The notes below the pieces were generated by a model. The model was not told where the DNA came from. It made no database searches and saw nothing but the letters and a program-made list of their open reading frames with translations. A program made the translations under genes and the position numbers. Of a stretch of 53,158 nucleotides of DNA, positions 28,743 to 38,164 are shown piece after piece. The first letter of the stretch is position 1; each line of letters opens with the position of its first letter. This DNA comes from Candidatus Daviesbacteria bacterium (GTDB lineage: Bacteria; Patescibacteriota; Microgenomatia; Daviesbacterales; UBA10151). The stretch spans positions 1-53,158 of the forward strand of contig JACOXG010000028.1 of assembly GCA_016176405.1 (NCBI GenBank), in the 5' to 3' direction.

Positions 28743-29555
28743 TTGATGATTAGGATTTTGAGTATAGTATTAATTATCTTCTGTATTATTCTCTTCCCAC
28801 CGGCAACATTAGCTTTAATTTCCAATAATGCTGTACCAGGAGATGCTACCTACCCAGTTAAAAGGACTCTAGAGAACGGCATATTTGCTGTCGCTTCATT
28901 AAACTCAGTAACCAAAGCCTGGTTTGCAGCTGCCAGATCTGACAGAAGATTTGAAGAGTTTTCCACACTAATAGCTCGGGGACAAGCTGCCTCAAGTACT
29001 CTAAATGAATTAGTTAATCAAACAGATACAGCTGTAAACGAGATTACCAATTTGGACAGTGGAATCCAAAGGCAACAGTTAGCCAATAAACTTTCTTCTT
29101 CCATAGAAAAATATAAACAAGAGTTAAAACAGATCTCTGAGACAATTCCCCCTCCAGCCGCCACCCCAACTCCAGTACCCACTCATTCAAAAGCTACTGT
29201 CATCCCAACTCCCACACCTTCACCTCAAGTGATATATGTATATGAAGGTTTAACTAGAGAACAAATAGAAGAGATTATTAGACGATGGGAAGAAGATCAA
29301 GAAAAGCTTGAGAAAGTGGGATCAGATACACAGAATGCAGCAACACCTACTCCCAATCCAACTACAACCACCGTACCTACTTCAACATCAACTCCACGCC
29401 ATGAGGCACCCGCAGTACCCACCCCAACTCCCACCCCAACGCCCACGCCCACCCCTACACCTATCTCCACACCGAAATCAAGATATGGAGCACCAACATT
29501 GTCAATTGAGGAAGATAACAATACAGCCACATCTTCTTCCAATTCAGGACCTTGA
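28743..29555 (+). CDS. Exported protein (DUF5667-like) with Pro/Thr-rich linkers
   Basis: N-terminal TM, AVPGDATYPVKRTLE motif, (PT)n tracts. Confidence 0.7.
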   Translation: MMIRILSIVLIIFCIILFPPATLALISNNAVPGDATYPVKRTLENGIFAVASLNSVTKAWFAAARSDRRFEEFSTLIARGQAASSTLNELVNQTDTAVNEITNLDSGIQRQQLANKLSSSIEKYKQELKQISETIPPPAATPTPVPTHSKATVIPTPTPSPQVIYVYEGLTREQIEEIIRRWEEDQEKLEKVGSDTQNAATPTPNPTTTTVPTSTSTPRHEAPAVPTPTPTPTPTPTPTPISTPKSRYGAPTLSIEEDNNTATSSSNSGP

Positions 29556-29608
29556 CCTCTATTGTTGAAAGAAATACCATAGGGGGGGTAAAGTTAAGTA
29601 ACTACCAT

Positions 29609-30886
29609 ATGAAATATTCTCAACTTTTTCCTAAAACATTAAAACAGGCTCCTTCTGGGGCTGAATCTATTAACCATCAACTTCTAGTAAGAGGGGGATT
29701 TATTGATCAACTTTTTGCTGGTTCCTGGACACTTCTGCCTTTAGGACTAAAGGTGGTTACTAAAATTAATCAGATTATCAGAGAAGAACTAAACAGTAGT
29801 GGAGCACAAGAGATGCAAATGCCACTTTTACATCCACGAGAAATTTGGGACCAGACCGGGAGGTGGTCTAATAAAGACGTCCAACAAATTATGTACCAGT
29901 TTAAAGATATTCATGGTAGGGAGTTTGGGCTGTCATTTACTCACGAAGAGATTGTAATGAATCTTTTGGGTAAATTTGTCAAATCTTACAAAGACTTACC
30001 ACTTAAACTTTATCAATTTTCCACTAAATTTAGAAATGAACTGCGGGCAAAGAGTGGAATTTTAAGAGGAAGGGAATTTTTAATGAAGGATTTATATAGT
30101 GCTCATGTTTCTGAGGAGGATATGTATATTTATTATGAAGATGTAAAAAAAGTTTACTTAAAAATTTTTCAAAGAATGGGGTTGGATACAAAAATTGTAG
30201 AGGCCTCAGGTGGAGTGTTTACTGATAAAAATTCTCATGAGTTTCAAGTTTTAACAGAGGTGGGAGAAGATACAATTTATTATTGCACACAGTGTGATTT
30301 TGCTGAGAATAAGGAAATTTATCAGGATAGAGAAGGAAGTAAATGTCCAAGGTGTAGTAATAAAATTGAAGAAGCAAATTCTATTGAGGTAGGAAATATT
30401 TTTCCTTTGGGAACAAAATATTCAAAAGATATGAAAGTTTTTTATACAGATGAGAACGGAAAAGAGCAACTGATTTGGTTTGCCAGTTATGGTATTGGTC
30501 CAACCCGTGTTCTAGGAACACTAGTTGAAATTTATCATGATGAAAGAGGAATTATTTGGCCAGAAAGTGTAGCTCCATATCAAGTTTATTTGGTGGGGCT
30601 GGATTTGGAAGGGGAAAGGGTGAAGGGTGAAGCGGAAAGGGTTTATAAATTACTTCAAGCAGAAGGAGTTGAAGTATTATTTGATGATAGAGTGGGAGTT
30701 TCAGCAGGAGAAAAATTTGCGGATGCCGATTTAATTGGAATTCCATACAGAGTGGTTATTTCTAAAAAGACCCATTCGACAAGCTCAGGGCAAGCTAAAG
30801 ATAAATTGGAGGTTAAGAAAAGAGATGAAAAAAATACGCACTTTGTCTCATTTAAAGGACTAATTTCTCTCTTGAAAGATTCTTAA
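29609..30886 (+). CDS. proS: Proline--tRNA ligase, short form lacking the editing domain
   Basis: KFRNELR, RGREFLMKDLYS, IEVGNIF and GEKFADADLIG motifs; start MKYSQLF. Confidence 0.96.
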   Translation: MKYSQLFPKTLKQAPSGAESINHQLLVRGGFIDQLFAGSWTLLPLGLKVVTKINQIIREELNSSGAQEMQMPLLHPREIWDQTGRWSNKDVQQIMYQFKDIHGREFGLSFTHEEIVMNLLGKFVKSYKDLPLKLYQFSTKFRNELRAKSGILRGREFLMKDLYSAHVSEEDMYIYYEDVKKVYLKIFQRMGLDTKIVEASGGVFTDKNSHEFQVLTEVGEDTIYYCTQCDFAENKEIYQDREGSKCPRCSNKIEEANSIEVGNIFPLGTKYSKDMKVFYTDENGKEQLIWFASYGIGPTRVLGTLVEIYHDERGIIWPESVAPYQVYLVGLDLEGERVKGEAERVYKLLQAEGVEVLFDDRVGVSAGEKFADADLIGIPYRVVISKKTHSTSSGQAKDKLEVKKRDEKNTHFVSFKGLISLLKDS

Positions 30887-30919
30887 CACCCGTCTATAAT
30901 CTGGCAATATTTACTGTCT

Positions 30920-31318
30920 ATGATAGAATTATTAGAAAGAAAATTATCAAAACCATTATATCCTCTAACAGAGCGACCACATCTTGGCACCCGATTTGAA
31001 TATTTTGCACCAACTGAAGAGGTAAGAATGATTAGTCGTTATGGAGCAGGAATAGTCCCTAATCAGCCCCTTCAAACTGTACGTAACACATCTTATGTGG
31101 AAATGATAGATGAAAGCGAAGAGATTATTCACTAACTAAGAGAAGGCGAACTTATGGTGTTATGGGAAAAGACAGGTAGTGAAAAGTTTACTGGTATCAA
31201 TCCGGTGGTGACTCGTGTCGAGAGGACTTACCCTCTGGAAGGAAATCCTGTAAGAGGAGATATTGAAGTCTCGTATGTTCGTAGAGCTGAGCCTCAAGAT
31301 TATTCATCCTCCTGGTAG
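30920..31318 (+). pseudogene. Orphan ORF with one in-frame TAA
   Basis: Frame stays open for 60 more codons after TAA 31133-31135; upstream TTGAAA-17-TATAAT. Confidence 0.5.
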
Positions 31319-31359
31319 ATTGATTTTAAGGCCACTTTCTGTTAAATTACCTAGCAGCA

Positions 31360-32463
31360 ATGATTACCAAAAATATCGTTAAACAGCCAAAGAGTATTGT
31401 TGAGGTGACAGTGACAGTGCCTTGGACGGATTTGGAAAAGGTCTGGAATGAGACCTTACAAAAAATGGCAGCTGATTTAGAATTGCCTGGATTTAGAAAA
31501 GGGGCTGTTCCAATGCCAATGGCGGAACAAAATTTGGGTTCTAAATTACAGGATGAAGTAATGAAGGTGGCCATGCCTAACTTTTTAATTGAGGCTTTGA
31601 AAGGTACTGATATTATCCCAATTGATTATCCAAAATATAATTTAGTTTCTTTTATTAAAGGCCGTGAGCTTCAATTTAAAGCTGCTGTAACTAATAGACC
31701 AGAAGTAAAGGTAGGTAACTATAAAGCAATTAAAGTTACAAAGACCCAACCAAAACCTGTCACTGAGGAAGAAGTTAGTAGAGTAATTGATGATTTATAT
31801 AAAAGATGGAAAGTAAGACAACCAGTGGGACAGTCGTCAGTCACCAGCAATCAGTCGTCAGACAAGACAGGACAAACTGGATCTATTAGTTTCCAACCTG
31901 GACAACAGCAGGCCCCAACTCAACCAACCAATGGGCAAGCAGCTGGACCAGATGATACTTTTGCCAAAGCCATGGGGGCAACCAGTTTGGCTGATTTAAA
32001 AACTAAAGTCAGAAAAGATTTAGAAGCCAATGCTTCTTATAATAACGAGCTTGATTTTGAAGAAGCTATTCTACAAGAGGTAGAGAAAATTACCACGGTT
32101 GAATTACCAGATGTTTTAATTGAAGACGAGCTAAATAGAATGTTGGTTTCTCTTCAGCGAAGAGTGGCAGATATGGGACTTTTACTGGAGGATTATTTAA
32201 AGGGACAGGGGAAAACTTTGGAACAATTAAAAAGTGAATGGAAAATGCAGGCTGAGAAAAATGTCAGAATGGAGTTAGGTCTGGCAGATATTGCAAGACA
32301 GGAAAATGTAAATATTACTGACGCAGAATTACAAGCAGAAGTAGATAAAATTACAGACCTGCGGGTCAAAAAACAGTTTGAAGCACAAGAGCCGAGGCTA
32401 CATTTAAGACATGCCCTAAGACAGACGAGAACTCTGGACTTACTTAAAAAAATGGTAGCATGA
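31360..32463 (+). CDS. tig: Trigger factor, PPIase domain replaced by a low-complexity linker
   Basis: ELPGFRKG ribosome-binding motif; C-terminal domain. Confidence 0.92.
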   Translation: MITKNIVKQPKSIVEVTVTVPWTDLEKVWNETLQKMAADLELPGFRKGAVPMPMAEQNLGSKLQDEVMKVAMPNFLIEALKGTDIIPIDYPKYNLVSFIKGRELQFKAAVTNRPEVKVGNYKAIKVTKTQPKPVTEEEVSRVIDDLYKRWKVRQPVGQSSVTSNQSSDKTGQTGSISFQPGQQQAPTQPTNGQAAGPDDTFAKAMGATSLADLKTKVRKDLEANASYNNELDFEEAILQEVEKITTVELPDVLIEDELNRMLVSLQRRVADMGLLLEDYLKGQGKTLEQLKSEWKMQAEKNVRMELGLADIARQENVNITDAELQAEVDKITDLRVKKQFEAQEPRLHLRHALRQTRTLDLLKKMVA

Positions 32464-32792
32464 ATGATTGTATATTTTGCCGTATTATTAATAAGGAAAT
32501 ACCAAAAGAGTTTGATTTTGAATCAGATTCTTTAGTAGTTTTTCCAGATATCAACCCCTCGGCAGAACTACATTTATTAATTGTTCCTAAAAACCATATT
32601 ATAGGAATGGCTGATTTAACTCGCAATCACGGAGATTTATTGGTTGAGATTTATAATGTGGTAAATAAATTAGTCAAACAAAATAATTTAGAGGAAAACT
32701 TTTATCGAGTGGTGGTGAATGGCGGAAAAGCCCAACATGTACCCCATTTACATTTTCACCTTTTAGGTGGACAATGGAAAAGAATGGTCTAA
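32460..32792 (+). CDS. HIT family nucleotide-binding protein
   Basis: CIFCRII and HLHFH motifs. Confidence 0.95.
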   Translation: MNDCIFCRIINKEIPKEFDFESDSLVVFPDINPSAELHLLIVPKNHIIGMADLTRNHGDLLVEIYNVVNKLVKQNNLEENFYRVVVNGGKAQHVPHLHFHLLGGQWKRMV

Positions 32793-32799
32793 GGTTAAA

Positions 32800-32809
32800 A
32801 AAGGAGGTG
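32800..32809 (+). promoter_or_regulatory. Extended Shine-Dalgarno sequence of rpsU
   Basis: AAAGGAGGTG, 10 nt before the GTG start. Confidence 0.8.
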
Positions 32810-32819
32810 TTTTTATTAA

Positions 32820-33017
32820 GTGTCAATAATTGTTAAAGCTGGTCCCGGTGATAGTACAGACGCAGTCATCAGAAAATTTCAGAAAAAAGTGGTGGCTGAA
32901 GGATTAGTTCAGGAGATTAGAGAAAGGTCAGTTTATAGAAAACCTTCAGAACTTAGAAAAGAATATCTGGCGGAAAGACGTAGAAAAATTATGAGGGCAA
33001 AAAGACTAAATAGTTAA
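32820..33017 (+). CDS. rpsU: 30S ribosomal protein S21
   Basis: IRKFQKKV...YRKPSELR; hit-rpsU-yqeY context. Confidence 0.92.
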   Translation: MSIIVKAGPGDSTDAVIRKFQKKVVAEGLVQEIRERSVYRKPSELRKEYLAERRRKIMRAKRLNS

Positions 33018-33020
33018 GAG

Positions 33021-33461
33021 ATGTCTATTGATCAAATTCAGGAAGATCTGAAAGCTGCACAACTTAATCAAGATCAAATTAAGGTTTCTACCTTAAGATT
33101 ACTTCTTTCGGAAATTCATAATGCAGAAATTGCCAAGGGCAGCCAGCTTTCTGATGAGGATGTGATAGCGATTGTTTCGCGTGAGCTCAAAAAAAGAAAA
33201 GAAGCGGCAGCTGGATTCAGAGCTGGCAACAGAGAAGAGCAGGCGCAAAAAGAAGAAGCAGAGGGGAAGATTTTGGAAGCTTATTTACCTGCCCAGCTAT
33301 CAAATGAGGAGTTGACGAAAATAGTAGAAGATTCTATAAATGAAGTAGGGGCTAAAGGTTTAGCTGATATGGGTAGGGTGATGGGAGTGGTGATGGGTAA
33401 GGTAAAGGGCCAGGCAGATGGAGGAATGGTCAGCTCAATAGTAAAAAAGAAATTAGGATAA
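33021..33461 (+). CDS. yqeY: GatB/YqeY domain protein
   Basis: YLPAQLS and DMGRVMG motifs. Confidence 0.92.
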   Translation: MSIDQIQEDLKAAQLNQDQIKVSTLRLLLSEIHNAEIAKGSQLSDEDVIAIVSRELKKRKEAAAGFRAGNREEQAQKEEAEGKILEAYLPAQLSNEELTKIVEDSINEVGAKGLADMGRVMGVVMGKVKGQADGGMVSSIVKKKLG

Positions 33462-33463
33462 GT

Positions 33464-33877
33464 ATGATCAACATTATAGTTTCATCTGATCCCAGATACC
33501 ATATAAATAGAACTGCTATTAAATTGGCGGTGTTAGAAATTTTACAAAGACACCGCATTAAAGGAAAAGTGGAGTTGGGGATTAATATTGTGGGGGATCG
33601 GAAGATGCATGAGTTAAATAAAAAGTTTAGAGGGATTGATTCCGGTACCGATATTTTATCCTTTGCCTTGGAAGATGCTCAACCAGCCAACTTGCAACAC
33701 ATTCCCAGAGTTGGTTTTATTTCCTCGCCTGATAAGATTTTAAGATTGGGAGATATTGTCATCTCTTACCCACAAGCTTTAGAAGATGCCTCAATGGATG
33801 GGATTGCAGTAGATGAGGAAATTAGGAGTTTGGTTGAACATGGTCTAAATCATCTTTTGGGTACACATCACAATTAA
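33464..33877 (+). CDS. ybeY: Endoribonuclease YbeY
   Basis: TDILSF, LGDIVIS and HGLNHLLGTHH motifs. Confidence 0.93.
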   Translation: MINIIVSSDPRYHINRTAIKLAVLEILQRHRIKGKVELGINIVGDRKMHELNKKFRGIDSGTDILSFALEDAQPANLQHIPRVGFISSPDKILRLGDIVISYPQALEDASMDGIAVDEEIRSLVEHGLNHLLGTHHN

Positions 33878-33889
33878 AGGTGCTACAAA

Positions 33890-35482
33890 ATGGAAATTTT
33901 CTACTTAAAATACCGCCCCAAAAGCCTAGATGATTTAGTAGGCCAGGAGTCTGTTAAAAAAATTCTTCTCTCATCTTTTGAGGCAGGAAAATTATCACAT
34001 GCTTATCTTTTGGTGGGACCCCGAGGGACTGGTAAAACATCAACTGCTAGGATTTTGGCCAAGATGGTCAATTGTGAGGGGAAAGGGGGAAGCGGAAAGG
34101 GTAAAGTACCATGCAATGAATGCTCAATATGTCTGTCCATTACTGATGGATCAAACCTAGACCTGATTGAAATTGATGCAGCTTCAAATCGGGGCATTGA
34201 GGATATTCGCTCTTTACGGGAGAAGATTAAATTAGCTCCCACCTCTGCCAAAAAGAAAGTCTATATTATTGATGAGGTACATATGTTGACCACTGAGGCT
34301 TTTAATGCTCTTTTGAAAACTTTGGAAGAACCCCCTTCTCATGTGATGTTTATTTTGGCAACTACCGATGTTGGTAAAATCCCTCAAACTATAATATCTC
34401 GAGTGCAAAGATTGGATTTTAAACTGGCTTCTTTAGAAGAATTGGCTGAAGCGCTCAAAAGAATTATTAAGCAGGAAAAAATTGATATTGATGACGAGGC
34501 AATTGGTTTAATTGCTAATCTTTCTCATGGTAGTTTTAGAGATGCAGTTAAATTGTTAGATCAAGTTTCGGTAGCCAAGCAAAAAATAGATGCGGATTTA
34601 ATCGCCAAGACTTTCCACGGGACTACTTTGGAAGAGGTATTTGAGATCTTGGACAGTATTGCCAATAAGAATAACCAACAAGCCTTGTTATCCATTTCCA
34701 AACAAATTGAGCAAGGAGTAGAGGTTAAAACTTTGCTAATGGTGTTGATGGAGGAGATGAGGGAGATGATGTTAATTAAACATCAAGTGGGACCTACTTT
34801 GGTGGCGCCCAAATATGTACTTTCAGAATATAAAAAATTAGAAAGTCTGGCTGAACAATTTACTATCTCCAAACTGAATAGTAGTTTGGAGATTTTACAA
34901 GAGGCTTTTGAAAAAATAAAATTTGCCTCAATCCCACAACTACCATTGGAGTTGGCAGTGGTGGAGATATGTGGAGAAAGTGCAAAGGGAAAAGTGCAAA
35001 GTGGAAAGTCAGTAGATGATAAATTGGAAGTGGGAAGTGAGAAGCTAGAAAGTGAAGTGAGGAATGAGAATTCCACTGTCCCACCTCAAGATCCCACCTC
35101 CCACCTCCCACCTCCCACCTCAAATTCTGATTCTGCTGAAGTCTTAAAATTAAAAGAAAAATGGGAGTTTGTTTTGGAAACAATCCGGCCATACAACTTT
35201 TCCTTGGAAGCTTTACTTAGAACCACCAAAATTAATGACTGCAGCGAAACAACCATTATACTGGAGGTACCATATTCCTTCCATCAGCGTATTTTAGAGA
35301 CTCCTAAAAATCGGGATATGTTGGAGGGGATTTTATCAGAGGTAATAGGCAGAGCTATAAAAATTTCCACTATTTTGGGAACGCCGCCTCAAAGAAGAGA
35401 AGATATTGCCAATATTGAGGTAGCAGCAGATGATGAGATAATCAAGATTGCCTCAGAAATTTTTAACTCAGAACCCAACTAA
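33890..35482 (+). CDS. dnaX: DNA polymerase III subunit gamma/tau
   Basis: KYRPK, GPRGTGKT, EIDAASNRG and NALLKTLEEPP motifs. Confidence 0.97.
   Translation: MEIFYLKYRPKSLDDLVGQESVKKILLSSFEAGKLSHAYLLVGPRGTGKTSTARILAKMVNCEGKGGSGKGKVPCNECSICLSITDGSNLDLIEIDAASNRGIEDIRSLREKIKLAPTSAKKKVYIIDEVHMLTTEAFNALLKTLEEPPSHVMFILATTDVGKIPQTIISRVQRLDFKLASLEELAEALKRIIKQEKIDIDDEAIGLIANLSHGSFRDAVKLLDQVSVAKQKIDADLIAKTFHGTTLEEVFEILDSIANKNNQQALLSISKQIEQGVEVKTLLMVLMEEMREMMLIKHQVGPTLVAPKYVLSEYKKLESLAEQFTISKLNSSLEILQEAFEKIKFASIPQLPLELAVVEICGESAKGKVQSGKSVDDKLEVGSEKLESEVRNENSTVPPQDPTSHLPPPTSNSDSAEVLKLKEKWEFVLETIRPYNFSLEALLRTTKINDCSETTIILEVPYSFHQRILETPKNRDMLEGILSEVIGRAIKISTILGTPPQRREDIANIEVAADDEIIKIASEIFNSEPN
34977..35121. 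repeat. Converging 7-bp-period arrays inside the dnaX linker
   Basis: ggaagtgggaagtgagaag...gtgaggaatgagaa followed by (TCCCACC)n. Confidence 0.8.
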
Positions 35483-35524
35483 CCAGTTGCGAGTTAACAG
35501 CCACTAGTTTAAAATCCTCATATT

Positions 35525-36817
35525 ATGACATCTAAAGTTTTTGGATTAATTAAAGAAGAAGCGGATCGTCAAAAGTATGGCTTGGAGATGATCCCTTCGG
35601 AAAATTATGTTTCCAAAGATGTTTTAAAAGCTTTAGGATCAATTTTAACTAATAAATATTCAGAAGGTCATCCCGGTGCCAGGTATTATGGTGGTAATGA
35701 AGTTATCGATAAGATAGAAAGGTATGCCCAAAGTTTGGCCAATAAACTATTTGGTACAGCTCACGCCATAGTTCAACCTCACAGCGGTTCACCAGCCAAT
35801 TTGGCTGTGGCATTGGAACTGGCTGGTCCGGGTGGAACTACCTTAGGCCAAAGTCTAACTGCAGGAGGACATTTAACATTTGGGGCAGCCGCTTCTTGGA
35901 CAGGCAGACTTTTTAATGCTATTCAATATGGAGTTGATCCAAAAACTTGGAAGATAGATTTAGATGAAGTCAGAAGCTTAGCCAAAAAACACAAACCTAA
36001 ATTTATTTGGGTGGGGACCACCGCTTATCCTTTTCAAATAGATTATAAACCCTTTGCTGAAATTGCAGATGAGGTGGGCTGTTTTTTAGTAGCAGACACT
36101 TCTCATATTTCGGGTCTGATTGTGACAGGTTACCATCCTTCACCAGTACCATATGTTCATGTTATTACCACTACCACTCATAAAACTTTGAGAGGTCCCA
36201 GAGGGGCCATGATTTTAATTACCAAAAAGGGATTGGACAAAGATCCGGAATTGGCTAAGAGATTGGAAAAATCTGTCATGCCGGGTCTGCAAGGAGGACC
36301 GCATGATCATCAGACAGCGGCCATTGCTGTGATGTTAGAGGAGGCATTAAGGCCATCCTTTAAAAACTATATTGGACAGGTTGTTAAAAATGCTAAGATG
36401 TTAGCTGAAGAGTTAGGTAGTGTTTCAGAGGTACACTTGGTTTTATTATCTCTTACTCATTTAGGATATGGATTAGGATATCAAACACAGTATGCTTTAG
36501 AAGAAGCAGGCATTACGGTTAATAAAAATACCATTCCAGGTGAACCAGCCTCTGCCTTTTATCCCTCTGGAATAAGATTAGGTTCTCCGGCTTTAACCAC
36601 GAGAGGAATAAAAGAAAAGGATATGGTAAAAATTGCTTCTTGGATAAGAAAAGTCTTAGAGGAAGTTAAGGGACATGATTTACCAAAAGAACAAGAAAAA
36701 AGAAAAGAATTTTTGAAATCTTACAGACAACTGGTACATAACAATAAAACTTTAAAAGATATAAGAGCCGAAGTGGAAAAGTTTGCTGGAAAATTCCCCG
36801 TTCCCGCTGTACAATGA
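35525..36817 (+). CDS. glyA: Serine hydroxymethyltransferase
   Basis: PSENY, TTTHKTLRGPRG and SGIRLGSPALTTRG motifs. Confidence 0.97.
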   Translation: MTSKVFGLIKEEADRQKYGLEMIPSENYVSKDVLKALGSILTNKYSEGHPGARYYGGNEVIDKIERYAQSLANKLFGTAHAIVQPHSGSPANLAVALELAGPGGTTLGQSLTAGGHLTFGAAASWTGRLFNAIQYGVDPKTWKIDLDEVRSLAKKHKPKFIWVGTTAYPFQIDYKPFAEIADEVGCFLVADTSHISGLIVTGYHPSPVPYVHVITTTTHKTLRGPRGAMILITKKGLDKDPELAKRLEKSVMPGLQGGPHDHQTAAIAVMLEEALRPSFKNYIGQVVKNAKMLAEELGSVSEVHLVLLSLTHLGYGLGYQTQYALEEAGITVNKNTIPGEPASAFYPSGIRLGSPALTTRGIKEKDMVKIASWIRKVLEEVKGHDLPKEQEKRKEFLKSYRQLVHNNKTLKDIRAEVEKFAGKFPVPAVQ

Positions 36818-36821
36818 TTCA

Positions 36822-37512
36822 ATGCTAATATCCGGTAAGGCTGTTGCCGAAGAGATTTTAAAAAAACTTAAGAAAGAAATAGATAATAGAAAATTAAAAC
36901 CTGGCTTAGCTATAATTTTGGCTGGAGACAATCCTGCCTCAAGAATTTATGTTAACAATAAGGTTAAGGCAGCAAGTAGAATAGGTATTCAAGCTACTTT
37001 ATATGAATTCTCAGAAAATGAGCAGAGAAAATGTCTCAATGTAATTGATCAATTAAACAATGACTCAAAAGTGGACGGCATTATAATTCAGTACCCTATT
37101 TTTCAAAGTTGGAATTTTGATGAGCTGGTTAAAAAAATAAATCCCACAAAAGATGTAGATGGGTTTTTGGAAAATTCGCCTTTTTCAGGAGCGACTGCTT
37201 TAGGAGTTTGGGAGATGATCAATGCCTTTGCAAAAGAGGAAGGGTTTAAAAAAGGAGAAGAATTTTTAAAAGGAAAAAAAATAATTATTTTGGGAAAGGG
37301 CAAAACTGCGTTCTAATGTAAAAAAAGGCGCTTATGTGATTGGGGTAGGAGTAGGTAAAGAAGAGTTAAAAGGTGAGCAGAAATTTTATGGAGATATAAA
37401 TGAGGAAGAAATTTCTAAAAAGGCCAAATTATATTGCCCAACAATTGGGGGAATTGGCCCTCTCACAATTGCCTGTTTATTGCGTAATGTAGTTGAGGCG
37501 GCTATGTTATAA
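36822..37512 (+). pseudogene. folD: Methylenetetrahydrofolate dehydrogenase/cyclohydrolase with internal deletion/frameshift (possibly assembly artefact)
   Basis: YVNNK, KDVDG and ILGKGKTA, then out-of-frame PTIGGIGPLTIACLLRNV ending at 37512. Confidence 0.85.
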
Positions 37513-37513
37513 T
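37505..37513 (+). promoter_or_regulatory. Extended -10 promoter, probable leaderless ybaB transcript
   Basis: TGTTATAAT, 7 nt before ATG 37521. Confidence 0.65.
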
Positions 37514-37520
37514 ACCTTCC

Positions 37521-37775
37521 ATGGGTTTAATGGATAATTTAAAGCAACTGGGTGATCTGAAAAAGATGAGAGATCAGGCCATGGAAGTGCAAAAAAGATT
37601 GGCCCAGATTAAGATTACCATTGAACATCGAGGGGTGACAGTGGTAATGACCGGTGATCAAAAAGTACAAAAAGTTACAGAGGCTGTTAATGAAGCATTA
37701 AAACAATCTCAAAAAGTAGCAGCAGATGAAATGAAATCTTTAATGGGTGGTGGTATGGGTATGCCAGGAGCATAA
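37521..37775 (+). CDS. ybaB: YbaB/EbfC family nucleoid-associated protein
   Basis: VTVVMTGDQKV...AVNEAL; upstream of recR; appears short at KV|QKV. Confidence 0.8.
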   Translation: MGLMDNLKQLGDLKKMRDQAMEVQKRLAQIKITIEHRGVTVVMTGDQKVQKVTEAVNEALKQSQKVAADEMKSLMGGGMGMPGA

Positions 37776-38113
37776 TGGTCGAAACAAAAGATATTGGTAG
37801 ATTTAACGTGATAGTTCCAGACAGCAGTATTGGGAAGGTTATGGATTTAGTCTTAGCTCAAGTAGGACTATCCTTTTATAGACTTAGTGGTGTCGACATA
37901 GGGTTTTTCTATACAGAACCTCATTACTTAACATTATTTAAAGCACATGGGAAACATAGCCATGGATCATCCAAATTTAAACCATATGAATTTTTAAGGG
38001 TAACCAGCCCTTAAGAGGATCGGTATGAAGTTATGATAATGGGAGGAAAACCTACAAGATTAGGCTGGAAGATCAAACAAGGCTTTATAGAATCATCTTA
38101 TAGGGTTGAATGA
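37775..38113 (+). pseudogene. Orphan ORF with one in-frame TAA, between ybaB and recR
   Basis: Frame continues 32 codons past TAA 38012-38014. Confidence 0.4.
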
Positions 38114-38164
38114 TGATATCCTTCCTCGCTTTAACAGCCGCATAATGTTAAAATTAGCTTCATT

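Noticed and set aside
29297-29568. Overlapping ORFs (GVGVGV on minus; Pro/Gln-rich on plus)
   Set aside because: Shadow frames of the Pro-Thr repeat in the 28743-29555 gene
30920-31318. Alternative genetic code or stop-codon reassignment
   Set aside because: TAA, TAG and TGA all terminate conserved genes at the expected positions in this window
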